Below, in pieces: positions 1 through 9,190 of a stretch of 64,000 bases of DNA. This DNA comes from Candidatus Krumholzibacteriia bacterium (GTDB lineage Bacteria > Krumholzibacteriota > Krumholzibacteriia > LZORAL124-64-63), in the NCBI GenBank assembly GCA_963825035.1, contig CAWGRT010000007.1:7331-71330 (forward strand). Reading direction: 5' to 3'. Each line of letters begins with the position of its first letter. Position 1 is the stretch's first letter. The notes under the pieces are model-generated. The model was not told the origin of the DNA, made no database searches, and was given only the letters and a program-made list of their open reading frames with translations. The position numbers were made by a program, and so were the translations under genes.

Positions 1-411
1 CCAGGTCCGGCGCCGTGGACAGCGCCAGGCGGAACTGTTCCTCCGCTTCGGCCAGGCGGCCGGCCGCCATCAGCTCGACGCCCCGGTTGTAGGGTTCCAG
101 GGCCGCGGCGCGCCGGCGGGCCTCGGTCCATTCGTCGGCGGTGAAGCGCAGGCGCAGGACCGAACCGACGGACAGGCTGTCGGGGTCGGGCAGGCCGTTG
201 TCGGCGGCCACCTGGGCCGCCCGCGCGGGGTCGCCGTAGTAGTTGTCGGCGATCAGCGCCAGGGTCTCCCCGGGCGCCACCGTGTGCTCGATGAGCCGGG
301 CCGATGCCGGGACCGCCCCCGGAGCCGTTTCCGTCCGCACCACGCGGCGGCTGCAGCCGCCGGCGGCCGCCAGGATCACGAGCGCCGTCGGCCAGCGATG
401 CTCCTGCGCAT
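1..411 (-). CDS. LysM-domain lipoprotein, N-terminal part (gene continues past window start; one frame break near codon 7)
   Basis: Own minus-strand translation from ATG at 409-411: MRRSIA / WPTALVILAAAGGCS (lipobox). This is followed by HTVAPGETLALIADNYYGDPARAAQVAADNGLPDPDSLSVGSVLRL (LysM-like) and AAALEPYNRGVELMAAGRLAEAEEQF (TPR-like). It is missing from the ORF track because of the early frame break and the open end. It starts 3 nt after the dus stop. Confidence 0.5.
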
Positions 412-414
412 GGT

Positions 415-1448
415 CTATCCGTCCCTTCCCGGCTCTCCGGCCCAGGCCGGTTCCCCCCGGCACGCGGCCGCGGCGATCACCGCGATCATGGCCTCGCTCG
501 TCTCCTCGGCGAAGACCTGCTTGCGCAGCTGCGCCGCGCCCGGCCTGCCCTTGAAGCAGCGGGCGATGTGTTTGCGCACCGTCTGCGCCCCCGTGCGCTC
601 GCCCTTGACCGCCACCTCGCCCCGGATGTGTTCGATGAGCACCGCGCAGGTCCCGGCGAAATCCGGCGGCGTGTAGGCCGTGCCCTCGTCCACCGCCTTC
701 ATCTCGGCGAAGAGCCAGGGGTTGCCGATGGCGCCGCGCGCCACCATCACCCCGTGGCAGCGGGTGTGGCCGCACCAAGGCGGCGTAGCTGGCGCCGTCG
801 GCGACGTCGCCGTTGCCGATGACCGGGATGTCCAGGGTCTCGACCAGGTCGGCGATGCGGTCCCAGTCGGCCTCGCCCTTGTAGAGCTGCGCCCGGGTCC
901 GGCCGTGCATGGTCACCCAGGGCAGGCCCAGCTCCTGCAGCAGCAGCCCCACCTCGCGGTAGTTGACCGAGTCCTCGTCCCAGCCCGTGCGGATCTTGGC
1001 GGTCACCGGCACGGGGCTGGCGTCGATCACCGCGCGCACGATGCGCTCCAGCAGCGGGCACGTCCGCCAGCAGGGCGCTGCCGCCGCACTTCTTGACCAC
1101 CTTCTTCACCGGGCAGCCGAAGTTGATGTCCAGCACGTCCATGCGGTGGGGGGCCAGCAGGTGCGCGGCCTGGGCCATGTGCGCCGGCTCCGAGCCGAAG
1201 ATCTGCACGCCCACCAGGCCCGTCTCGCCGTCGGTGTCCACCAGCTTCCAGCTGCCCTCGCCGCCGTAGGTCAGGCCGGTGGCCGAGACGAACTCGCAGA
1301 AGCCGATGTCCGCGCCGAAACGCCGGCACACCGCGCGGAAGGCGCGGTCGGTGACCCCGGCCATGGGCGACAGGAAGCGGCGCGTGTCGGCCAGCCAGGG
1401 CAGACGCGGGTCCAGGCGCACGGGTTTGCGTTCGAGGCGATCGGGCAC
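415..1448 (-). CDS. dus: tRNA-dihydrouridine synthase (Dus family), reading frame broken twice
   Basis: N-terminal frame (ORF 747..1448): SPMAGVTDRAFRAVCRRFGADIGFCEFVSA, VGVQIFGSEP, LDINFGCPVKKVVKKCGGSALL. Middle frame (own translation): LLERIVRAVIDASPVPVTAKIRTGWDEDSVNY...VTMHGRTRAQLYKGEADWD...IPVIGNGDV. C-terminal frame (ORF 415..750): VMVARGAIGNPWLF. Frame breaks at ~1057 (G/C run) and ~768. Confidence 0.85.
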
Positions 1449-1535
1449 GGGGTCCTCCGTCGACGGGAAAAGCGAACGGTCCGGCGGGAAACGTTAACCC
1501 ACGGCCGGACCGTTCGCAACGCGGGCGCGATCCCG

Positions 1536-2192
1536 TCACGGACACTGGGCGCCGAGCGCCTGGGCCATCAGGCCGGCGTCCGACACGTTGATCACGCCGT
1601 CCCAGACGAAGTCGCTGCGGTAGGCGTAGTGCAGGTACAGGTCCTGGGTGAACATGCCGCCGTCGCCCAGGTTGACGAACCCGTCGCCGTTGATGTCGGC
1701 ACTGTTGGCGCGCAGGTCCAGGCTGCCGCCGACGACGGCGTCGCCGTTGACGTAGATCTGGAGCGGCACACCTTCACCCGGATTCGCGAGGCCTCCCGCC
1801 CGCAACGGCAGCGCCCACCGGGTGCGGCCGTCGGCGTCCGTGTCCTGGTCGGGGATCGTTCCTTCCACACAGGGCACGAGCGATCCCGCGGCCGTCCCCA
1901 GCCAGATGTCCTGCGCCGGGAAGTTCGCGACCGGCTCGCCGTATCCCGTCTCGTCCGACCACAGGACGATCTCCACGGTGCCGTCGACGGCGGCGCCGCC
2001 GAACGCGAAGCTCTCGGTGAAGGCACAACCCCCGCCCGCGGGCGTGCAGAAGAGCGATACCGGCTGACCGGCGCTGCGGGTCACCTCGACCCAGGGCAGC
2101 GGCGGGATTCCGGTCCCCTGGGCCGCGGCGCCGGCCGCTGCCAGGCACACGCCCGCGCAGAGCGCGGCCGCCAGGATGGCGTAGCGTTTCAT
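1536..2192 (-). CDS. Secreted protein with C-terminal dockerin-type Ca-binding repeat pair
   Basis: Internal ATG (2190-2192) of ORF 1536..2576, preceded by GGAGG. Signal peptide MKRYAILAAALCAGVCLAAAGAAAQG. C-terminus SADINGDGFVNLGDGGMF...DFVWDGVINVSDAGLMAQAL gives two dockerin-like DxNxDG loops. Confidence 0.7.
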   Translation of the reverse strand: MKRYAILAAALCAGVCLAAAGAAAQGTGIPPLPWVEVTRSAGQPVSLFCTPAGGGCAFTESFAFGGAAVDGTVEIVLWSDETGYGEPVANFPAQDIWLGTAAGSLVPCVEGTIPDQDTDADGRTRWALPLRAGGLANPGEGVPLQIYVNGDAVVGGSLDLRANSADINGDGFVNLGDGGMFTQDLYLHYAYRSDFVWDGVINVSDAGLMAQALGAQCP

Positions 2193-2221
2193 GTTCCTCC
2201 CCTTCCGTTCATGCCGCCCGC

Positions 2222-2533
2222 CTAAGGGCAGGCGTCCCCCAGTGCCGTGCACAGGTACCCGGCGTCGGATACGTTGACGGCACCGTCCCAGTTGAAGTCG
2301 CAGCGGTCGGCGTACGGACCGTGGAGGTCCATGGTGAACAGACCTGCGTCGGTGAGGTTGACCAGGCCGTCGCCGTCGATGTCGGCACTGTTGAACCGCA
2401 TGTCCATCGTCCTCGAGGCGAGCGCCACGTCGCCGTTGATGACGAGGAGGGGTGGTACAGCGGATCCGATACGAAGTGGCCGCCAACGGCCGGCGGTCGG
2501 GACCAGGTGGTGCGGCCACGAGGCGTGCAGCAA
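2222..2533 (-). pseudogene. Truncated paralogue of the adjacent dockerin protein (C-terminal part only, no signal peptide)
   Basis: ORF 2222..2533: GRWRPLRIGSAVPPLLVINGDVALASRTMDMRFNSADIDGDGLVNLTDAGLFTMDL...DFNWDGAVNVSDAGYLCTALGDACP. This aligns residue for residue with the C-terminus of 1536..2192 (GRTRWALPLRAGG...VPLQIYVNGDAVVGGSLDLRANSADINGDGFVNLGDGGMF...DFVWDGVINVSDAGLMAQALGAQCP). An in-frame TGA lies just upstream of the TTG start. Confidence 0.45.
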
Positions 2534-2625
2534 GAACGATCACCTTTACCAACGGGTGTCCTTTCGACTGGCGCATACGGATCCGACAGGCCTAGAATGC
2601 CGCGACCCGAGCCCGGAGCACCGTC

Positions 2626-3739
2626 ATGGCAACGCTGCGAGCATACCACCTCTGTCTCGTCGACTCCATGCGCACGTGGGGCGGCGCCGAGGTGTGGATG
2701 CTGGAGACGGCCGTCGCGCTGCGCGCAGGCGGGCTGCGGGTCGGCGTGGTGGCCCAGCCCGGCAGCGAACTGCTGCGCCGCGCGCACGCGGCCGGCGTGC
2801 CGGCGGCGGCCATTCCCATCCGCTGCGACGGCGCGCCCTGGACCATCGCCAAGCTGGCGCGGCACTTCCGGCGCATCGGCGCAACCGCCGTGGTCGCCAA
2901 CCTGAGCAAGGACCTGAAGGCCGCCGCGGTGGCAGGCCGCCTGGCCGGCGTGCCGGTGATCCTCGGCAGCTGGGAGAGCGACTTCCCCCTGAAGGACAAG
3001 GTCTACTACCGGTGGTACTTCAACCGGCTGGCGACCGGGCTGCTGGTGAACTCGGCCGCCACGCGGCACACGGTGCTGGCGTCGGCCCCCTGGCTGGACA
3101 CGCGGCGCGTGCACCTGCTGCCCAAGGGCATCGACACCGACCGCTTCCGGCCGGGACCGCCCCGGGACGGTCCGCCCACGGTGGGATTCCTGGGCCAGTT
3201 CATCGAGCGCAAGGGGCTGCGGGACGATCATGGCCGCCTGGAGCGCGCTCGACGCGGCCGACCATCCGCGCGCGCCGCAGCTGCGCTGATCGCGGGCGCG
3301 GGCCCGCTGGCCGCCGAGCTGGCCGCCTGGCGCGACGGCTTGCGCCGGCCGGACGCGGGTGCGGATCATGGGATTCGTCGAGCAGGCCCGAGGCGTTCCT
3401 GGCCGGGACCTGGACGTCCTGCCCATGCCCAGCTTCGCCGAGGGCTTCGGCCTGGCCGCGGCCGAGGCCCAGGCCTGCGGCCTGCCGGTGATCGCGGCCG
3501 ACGCCAGCAGCCTGCCGGAGATCGTCCTGGACCAGGAGACCGGCCTGCTGGTGCCGCCGGGCGACGCCGACGCCCTGGTCGCGGCCCTGCGCCGTCTGCT
3601 GGACGATCCGGCGCTGGCCCGCCGGCTGGGGTCGGCCGGGCGCGACCACATCGTCACCACGTTTCCGCAGGCAGGCACCCTGGCCCGCCTGCGGGAGCTG
3701 ACCGGCGCCCCCGCGGGTGCCGCGAAAGGCTCGTCATGA
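2626..3739 (+). CDS. Glycosyltransferase family 4 (GT-B), at least 3 frame breaks
   Basis: N-terminal frame: YHLCLVDSMRTWGGAEVWMLETAVALRAGG...GFLGQFIERKGL. C-terminal frame (ORF 3359..3739): VLPMPSFAEGFGLAAAEAQACGLPVIAADASSLPEIV..ETGLLVPPGD. Frame breaks at ~3225, ~3285 and ~3355. The stop overlaps the next start (ATGA at 3736-3739). Confidence 0.8.
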
Positions 3740-4535
3740 AGCGACTGAAGATCGCCGCCGTCCAGACCTCCCCCGTCTTCGGCGAGGTGCGCGCCAACGT
3801 GGACGCGGCCCTGGCCCTGGTGCCGGCCGGCTGCGACCTGGTGGTGCTGCCCGAGCTGTTCGCCACCGGCTACCAGTTCCGCGACCACGGCCGAGGCCCG
3901 GGCCCTGGCCGAGACGCCGGGCGATCCCGACGCCTACAGCCTGGCGCGCCTGGCCCGGTTCGCCGCCGACACGGGCGCCACGGTGGCGGCGGGCCTCTGC
4001 GAGAAGGCGGGCGACGCGGTCTACAACAGCGCGGTGCTGGTGCAGCCCGACGGCACCCTGGGCCTCTACCGCAAGGTGCATCTGTTCTGGGACGAGAAGT
4101 CCATCTTCCGCCCGGGCGACCTGGGCTTCCCGGTGTTCGCGGCCTGCGGCACCACCGTCGGCCTGATGATCTGCTTCGACTGGGCCTTCCCCGAGGCCGC
4201 CCGCAGCCTGGCCCTGGGCGGGGCGCAGGTGATCCTCCATCCGTCGAACCTGCTGCTGCCCTGGTGCGCCGAGACCATGCGCACGCGCTGCCTGGAGAAC
4301 CGGGTGGCCGCCGCCACCGCCAACCGCGTCGGCACCGAAAACCGCACCGGCCACGAGCTGGTCTTCAACGGGCTGAGCCAGGTGGTGTCGCCCCTGGGCG
4401 AGGTGCGGGAGCGGCTGGACGGCGCGTCTCCGGGGGCGGCGCGTGGGCACCATCGACCTGGCGGAGACCGACAAGCTCTTCACCCCGCGCAACGACATCT
4501 TCGCCGACCGGCGGCCCGACCAGTACCGGTTCTAG
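3736..4535 (+). CDS. Carbon-nitrogen hydrolase (nitrilase superfamily), 2 frame breaks
   Basis: MKRLKIAAVQTSPVFGEVRANVDAAL..VVLPELFATGY (Glu), LYRKVHLFWDEK (Lys), GLMICFDWAFPE (Cys), VILHPSNLLLPW. Tail GTIDLAETDKLFTPRNDIFADRRPDQYRF ends with TAG at 4533-4535. Frame breaks at ~3888 and ~4440. Confidence 0.8.
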
Positions 4536-5077
4536 GCGGGCGCCGTCCCGGCGAGCGCCTGCAGCTTCAGGGCGGTGGCCCGGTTGCGCGAGGTGATGCC
4601 GTCGCCCGCCGCCTTGGCCACGGCCTTCATCAGGGGCGAGTCGACGACGCCGGCGGGGCACCACAGGTAGGCCGCGCGCGCGCCCACCGCCAGCGCCTCG
4701 TCACCCCAGTCCCGCTCCGCGAGGGGCGCCAACGGCGGCAGCACCGCCGGGCCGGCCGGAAAGACCACCAGGTGGCGGGAGGGGTTGTCGGTGCGCCCGA
4801 CGAGGGGATCGTCGGCCAGGATCGCGTCCAGGTCGGCGGCGGTCACCACGACCACCGGCACCGCGAAGCCGAACCGCTCCTCGATCGCCGCGGCCAGCGT
4901 CCGGGCCAGTCGCCCCGCGTCGGCGCGCGGCGTCCGGAACACCACGTTGCCGCTGTTGAGCAGGGTGCGCACGTCCGCCCAGCCGAGCGCCGTGCCCAGG
5001 GCGCGCAGTTCGGCCATGGGCACGCGCCTGGCCTTGCCCACGTTGATGCCCCGCAGCAGGGCGGCGCAGGTGGTCAT
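4532..5077 (-). CDS. DUF1697 family protein
   Basis: Intact 181-aa ORF. ALLRGINVGKARRVPMAELRALGTALGWADVRTLLNSGNVVF is the typical DUF1697 N-terminus. Confidence 0.8.
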   Translation of the reverse strand: MTTCAALLRGINVGKARRVPMAELRALGTALGWADVRTLLNSGNVVFRTPRADAGRLARTLAAAIEERFGFAVPVVVVTAADLDAILADDPLVGRTDNPSRHLVVFPAGPAVLPPLAPLAERDWGDEALAVGARAAYLWCPAGVVDSPLMKAVAKAAGDGITSRNRATALKLQALAGTAPA

Positions 5078-5099
5078 GCGTGAACCGGATCGCGGCCGT

Positions 5100-5486
5100 T
5101 CAGACCGGCTGGACGAGGTTGATGAGGTTGCCGCAGGTGTCCTCGAACACGACGGCGGTCACCGGACCCAGGTCCTGGGGTTCGCCGCGGAAGCGCACGC
5201 CGCGCTCCGTGAGGCGCCGCCACTCCCGCTGGATGTCGTCGGTGAAGAACGCCATGTGGGGGATGCCCGCCGCGAACAAGGCCTGCTGGTGGGTGCGCGC
5301 CGTGTCCAGGTGCGCGGGCTCGAGGACGAGCTCCACTTCCTCCGGACCGTCCGGCGAGACCACCGTCAGCCAGCGGAACTCCTCCTTGGCGATGTCGGTC
5401 TTCTTCCGGAAACCCAGGACGTTGGTGTAGAAGTCGAGCGCCTTCTCCTGGTCGTCGACCATCACGGTGCTCAGGTTGATCCGCAC
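5100..5486 (-). CDS. VOC/glyoxalase-family protein
   Basis: Intact 128-aa ORF with GTG start preceded by AGAGGAGG. Sequence VDDQEKALDFYTNVLGF ... VVFEDTCGNLINLVQ. It lies 22 nt upstream of the DUF1697 gene. Confidence 0.75.
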   Translation of the reverse strand: MRINLSTVMVDDQEKALDFYTNVLGFRKKTDIAKEEFRWLTVVSPDGPEEVELVLEPAHLDTARTHQQALFAAGIPHMAFFTDDIQREWRRLTERGVRFRGEPQDLGPVTAVVFEDTCGNLINLVQPV

Positions 5487-5674
5487 GAGCGACCTCCTCT
5501 GGCGGGATCCTGGCGGCGTGGCGGGAGGGATGCACCCCGGCGTGCCGCCGCTGGTGGCGGTCCGCCCCCCGACCGGACCGTCGTTGTGCTTCCACTTCTA
5601 TCTAATAAAAAATGGATTGAATCGCTCGCGATTGGGCCTGAGGTGGGCAGCCGGGTGCAACCGCCGCGGTCCCG

Positions 5675-6940
5675 TCAGGCCCCGGACAGATCCATGTTCT
5701 TGGGCACCACCACGATGCCGTTCTTGGACACCCGGAACAGGCAGCCGTCCTTCTCCCGGTCGAAGCCGATGCGCATGCCCTCGGGCACGACCACGTTCTT
5801 GTCCACGATGCAGCGGTTGAGCTCGGCGCGGCGACCGATCTTCACGTTGTCCATGACGATGCTGTCGGCGACGCGGCAGTGGGAATTCACCCGCACGCCG
5901 CGCCCCAGCACCGACCGCTCCACCGACCCGCCGGAGATGACGCTGCCCGCGCCCACGATGGAGTCGATCACCGTGCCCGGCAGGGTGCCGTCCTCGGTGT
6001 AGCCGTGCACCGACTTGCAGGGCGGCGCCGGCGGCTGCCAGGCGCGGAACACCCACTCGGGATCGTAGAGGTCCAGCTTGGGTTTGCGGCTCACCAGGTC
6101 CATGGTGGCCTCGTAGTAGCTGTCGATGGTGCCGATGTCGCGCCAGTAGGCCGGCTGGCCCTCCGGGTTCCGGAACTGGTAGGCGAACACCTGCCCGTCG
6201 CGCACCAGCGAGGGGATGATGTCCTTGCCGAAATCGTGGTGGCTGCCGTCGCGACGCACGTCGCCGCACAGCTCCTTGACCATGTCGGCGGTGTCGAACA
6301 GGTACACGCCCATGTTCACCAGGCAGTGGTCCGGGTCGCCCGGGATCGTCGGCGGATCCTTGGGCTTTTCCACGAAGTCGGTGACCCGGCCCTTGGCGTC
6401 GATGGCCAGCACGCCGAACTCGCTCGCGCCCTGCTTGGGGATCACGCACGCGGCCAGCGACAGGCAGCCCGCGTGGCCGGAGTGGAAGTCCAGCAGCCGG
6501 CCGTAGTCCATGCGGTAGACGTGGTCGCCCGAGAGGACGAGCACCCATTCGGGCTTGCGGAGCTCCAGCAGGTAGATGTTCTGGTAGACGGCGTCGGCGG
6601 TGCCTTCGTACCACTTCTGGCCGACGCGGTGCTGGGGCGGGATGCGGTAGAGGAACTCGCCCGCCTCGTAGCTGAAGATGTTCCAACCGCGCTGCAGATG
6701 CTGGTCCAGGGAGAAGCTCTTGTACTGGGTCAGCACGTAGATCTGCCGCAGTCCGCTGTTGATGCAGTTGCTCAGGGTGAAGTCGATGATGCGGTAGGAA
6801 CTGCCGAAGGGTACGGCCGGCTTCGAACGGTCCTTGGTCAGGGGGTGCAGGCGCTCACCCTGCCCCCCGGCGAGGATCAGCGCCAGGGTGCCCCGGGCCA
6901 TTTCTCGATTCGTCACGGACAAGCTCCGCCCCCGGGGCAC
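5675..6940 (-). CDS. glgC: Glucose-1-phosphate adenylyltransferase
   Basis: Intact ORF. ALILAGGQGERLHPLTKDRSKPAVPFGSSYRIIDFTLSNCINSG, and a C-terminal left-handed beta-helix region (VIDSIVGAGSVISGGSVERSVLGRGVRVNS). An alternative start is the ATG at 6901 (MARGTLALILAGG). Confidence 0.9.
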   Translation of the reverse strand: MPRGRSLSVTNREMARGTLALILAGGQGERLHPLTKDRSKPAVPFGSSYRIIDFTLSNCINSGLRQIYVLTQYKSFSLDQHLQRGWNIFSYEAGEFLYRIPPQHRVGQKWYEGTADAVYQNIYLLELRKPEWVLVLSGDHVYRMDYGRLLDFHSGHAGCLSLAACVIPKQGASEFGVLAIDAKGRVTDFVEKPKDPPTIPGDPDHCLVNMGVYLFDTADMVKELCGDVRRDGSHHDFGKDIIPSLVRDGQVFAYQFRNPEGQPAYWRDIGTIDSYYEATMDLVSRKPKLDLYDPEWVFRAWQPPAPPCKSVHGYTEDGTLPGTVIDSIVGAGSVISGGSVERSVLGRGVRVNSHCRVADSIVMDNVKIGRRAELNRCIVDKNVVVPEGMRIGFDREKDGCLFRVSKNGIVVVPKNMDLSGA

Positions 6941-6969
6941 ACCTGCCCCGTGCTCGCTCGGTGATCAGC

Positions 6970-7341
6970 TCAGCTGCGCGACGCCATCCGCGATTCCAGC
7001 ACCTCGCGGACGGTCTCCAGCAGTTCGGTGACGTCCGCCGACTTGGTGACGTACGCATCCGCAGCCCAGGTCAGGTAGTTGTCCCGGTAGCTCGAGAATG
7101 CGGTGTTCAGGATCACGAGGATGCGGTTGTCCCGGTCGAGGATGTGCTGCAGGGCCTCGATCCCGTCCATGCCGGGCATCCTGATGTCCAGGATGATCAG
7201 GTCCGGGCTCATGGTCTGCACGTACTCCAGACCTTGCGCGGCAGTGCCCGCGGTCAGGGTCTCGTACCCCGCCCGTCGGAGCTCGGTCTCGTACAGCAGC
7301 CTGAGGTGGGGCTCGTCGTCGACGATCAATACCTTGCTCAC
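6970..7341 (-). CDS. Single-domain response regulator (REC only)
   Basis: GTG at 7341 preceded by AAGGAGG (6-nt spacer). VSKVLIVDDEPHLRLLYETELRRAGY...DLIILDIRMPGMDG...AADAYVTKS. No output domain. Confidence 0.8.
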   Translation of the reverse strand: MSKVLIVDDEPHLRLLYETELRRAGYETLTAGTAAQGLEYVQTMSPDLIILDIRMPGMDGIEALQHILDRDNRILVILNTAFSSYRDNYLTWAADAYVTKSADVTELLETVREVLESRMASRS

Positions 7342-7399
7342 GTCCGGCCTCCTTGGCTTCGCGCCCGCCCGCGCCGGACGTGCGCGTTCCTGCGGGTCA

Positions 7400-9190
7400 C
7401 TATAGACCATTTCCCGTCGTCACGCCAGCACCGGGGCCGGCCTCCTCGTCATCCCTCGGCAGGGGCAGGATGAAGGCGAATTCGGCGCCTCCGCCCGGCC
7501 GGTTCGCCGCTTCGGTCACGCCGCCGTGGGCCTTCACGATCTGGGCACAGATGGTCAGTCCCAGACCGGATCCCGTCGGTTTCGTGGAGAAAAAGGGCGA
7601 GAACAGCTTGTCGGCCAGGTCTTCTGCAAATCCCGGGCCATTGTCCGCCACCGCCACGCGCACCCCCCCAGCCAGGGCCTGCGTCGACACGGTGACGAAG
7701 CCCCCGTCGCCGGCCGCCTGCATGGCATTGACCAGGTAGTTCTCCAGCACCTGCCGGATCTCCCCCGGGTGGCAGCGCACCGCCGCCCCCTCCGCCTCCA
7801 GGTCCCAGTCCAGGGTGATGGCCTTCTCCTCCAGCCGCTTCAGGAAGTGCCCCACCGTATCGCGCACCAGGTCGTCCACCACCACGGTCTCGCGGGTCTG
7901 CTTCTGGGGCCGGATGAAGTCCAGCAGATCGTGGATGATGCGCTCCATGCGCGCCACTTCATCGGTGATGATCGCGGCGTACTGGCGATTGGGGTCGTCC
8001 GCGCCCATGGCGCGCACCAGCGCCCGGGCGAAGCCGCCGATCGCCACCAGCGGATTGCGCAGCTCGTGGGCCACCACCGCCGACGTCTCGCCCATGACGC
8101 TCAGGCGCTCCATGCGCATCAGCGTCTCCTGGTCCTCCCGCTGCTTCTGATGGGCCTTGCGCAGGTCGATCAGGCGCCGCTCCAGCTCGCGGTACAGGCG
8201 GCTGTTCTCGATGGCCGCCGCGCTCTGGTTCGCGAACATCTGCAGGAATTCGAGGTCCAGGTCCGTGACCGCGGTGTGGCTGAATGCGTTGTCGGCGATG
8301 ATGACCCCCAGGGGGCCCCGCCGGGTCGTCAGGGGCGCCACGGCGAACTCGCGGCAGCCCAGCCACTCCAGCACCGTGTCCACGCCCGTCTCCGGACTGC
8401 CCGCGGCGGCCCGCAGCGCCTGGCGCGCGTTCATGGCGCGCACCAGCAGGTGGTCGGTCTCGGCCAGGGGCACCGACATGCGCGCCACCACCGCGTTGAC
8501 CGCCGTGTCGGTCTGCTTCACCGAGCGGTCGTAGGTGGTCATCATGTCGAAGAGGTCGGCCCGTTCCCCGGCCAGGTCGGACCAGATGCGCCAGGCCTCG
8601 TCCCGGTCCCCCGGGCCGATGGCCAGCTCGCCCTTGAGCACCTCCGCACCCTCGTCCACCAGCAGCAGGAACGCGCGGTTGAAGCGCAGGCCTTCGCCGG
8701 CGGTGACGCAGATCAGCACCGCCTGCAGGATCTGCTCCAGGGAGAGGTTGGCGCCGTAGAGGGCCTCGCTCACCTGGTTCAGCAGGGAGAGCTTGGCCAG
8801 GCGCACCGCCCGCAACTCGTCCTCGTGCTCCCGCTGGCGCAGGTCCGCCAGGAAGATCAGGCAGTGGCGCCCGCCGCCGGCCTCGAAGCGGGAGCAGCGC
8901 ATCTCCACCGGCACCAGGTCGCCGCCGCGGGTGCGCAGCTGGGCCTGCAGCAGGCCCGAGGCGCCGCAGGGAGCGTCGCCCCGGCAAGCGCCCAGCACGT
9001 CCGGGGGCACCACGATGTCCTGCAGGCGGGTCCCGGCCAGCTCGGCGGCGGGGCAGCCCAGCAGCCAGCCGGTGCCTTCGCTGGCGGCGGCGATGCGGCC
9101 GTCCCCGCCCAGCACCAGCAAGGGCCGCAGGCTCTGCGTGAAGCTGGCGGCGATCAGGTCCCGCCGGTCAGATATCCCGTCAACGGCCAA
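7400..9190 (-). CDS. Cytoplasmic sensor histidine kinase (PAS-GAF-HisKA-HATPase_c)
   Basis: Intact frame. H-box SAVVAHELRNPLVAIGGFARAL. N/G boxes QVLENYLVNAMQA, VADNGPGF, GSGLGLTICAQIVKAHGG. GAF region LRFNRAFLLLVDE...GVIIADN. The probable TTG start at 9190 is preceded by GGAGGG and overlaps the glgA stop. No TM segment seen. Confidence 0.8.
   Translation of the reverse strand: MAVDGISDRRDLIAASFTQSLRPLLVLGGDGRIAAASEGTGWLLGCPAAELAGTRLQDIVVPPDVLGACRGDAPCGASGLLQAQLRTRGGDLVPVEMRCSRFEAGGGRHCLIFLADLRQREHEDELRAVRLAKLSLLNQVSEALYGANLSLEQILQAVLICVTAGEGLRFNRAFLLLVDEGAEVLKGELAIGPGDRDEAWRIWSDLAGERADLFDMMTTYDRSVKQTDTAVNAVVARMSVPLAETDHLLVRAMNARQALRAAAGSPETGVDTVLEWLGCREFAVAPLTTRRGPLGVIIADNAFSHTAVTDLDLEFLQMFANQSAAAIENSRLYRELERRLIDLRKAHQKQREDQETLMRMERLSVMGETSAVVAHELRNPLVAIGGFARALVRAMGADDPNRQYAAIITDEVARMERIIHDLLDFIRPQKQTRETVVVDDLVRDTVGHFLKRLEEKAITLDWDLEAEGAAVRCHPGEIRQVLENYLVNAMQAAGDGGFVTVSTQALAGGVRVAVADNGPGFAEDLADKLFSPFFSTKPTGSGLGLTICAQIVKAHGGVTEAANRPGGGAEFAFILPLPRDDEEAGPGAGVTTGNGL

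Noticed and set aside
4532-4535. Convergent genes sharing a palindromic CTAG so that both stop codons overlap
   Set aside because: It is real in the sequence but is a trivial consequence of tight packing, and no regulatory implication can be supported.
2626-4596. 656-aa ORF suggesting a glycosyltransferase-nitrilase fusion
   Set aside because: Only the first ~195 aa (GT4) and residues from MKRLKIAAVQ to about FRDH (nitrilase N-terminus) are meaningful; the rest is out-of-frame Arg/Gly/Pro filler. The GT4 C-terminus and its stop are in another frame (3359..3739), with an ATGA overlap to the nitrilase start.
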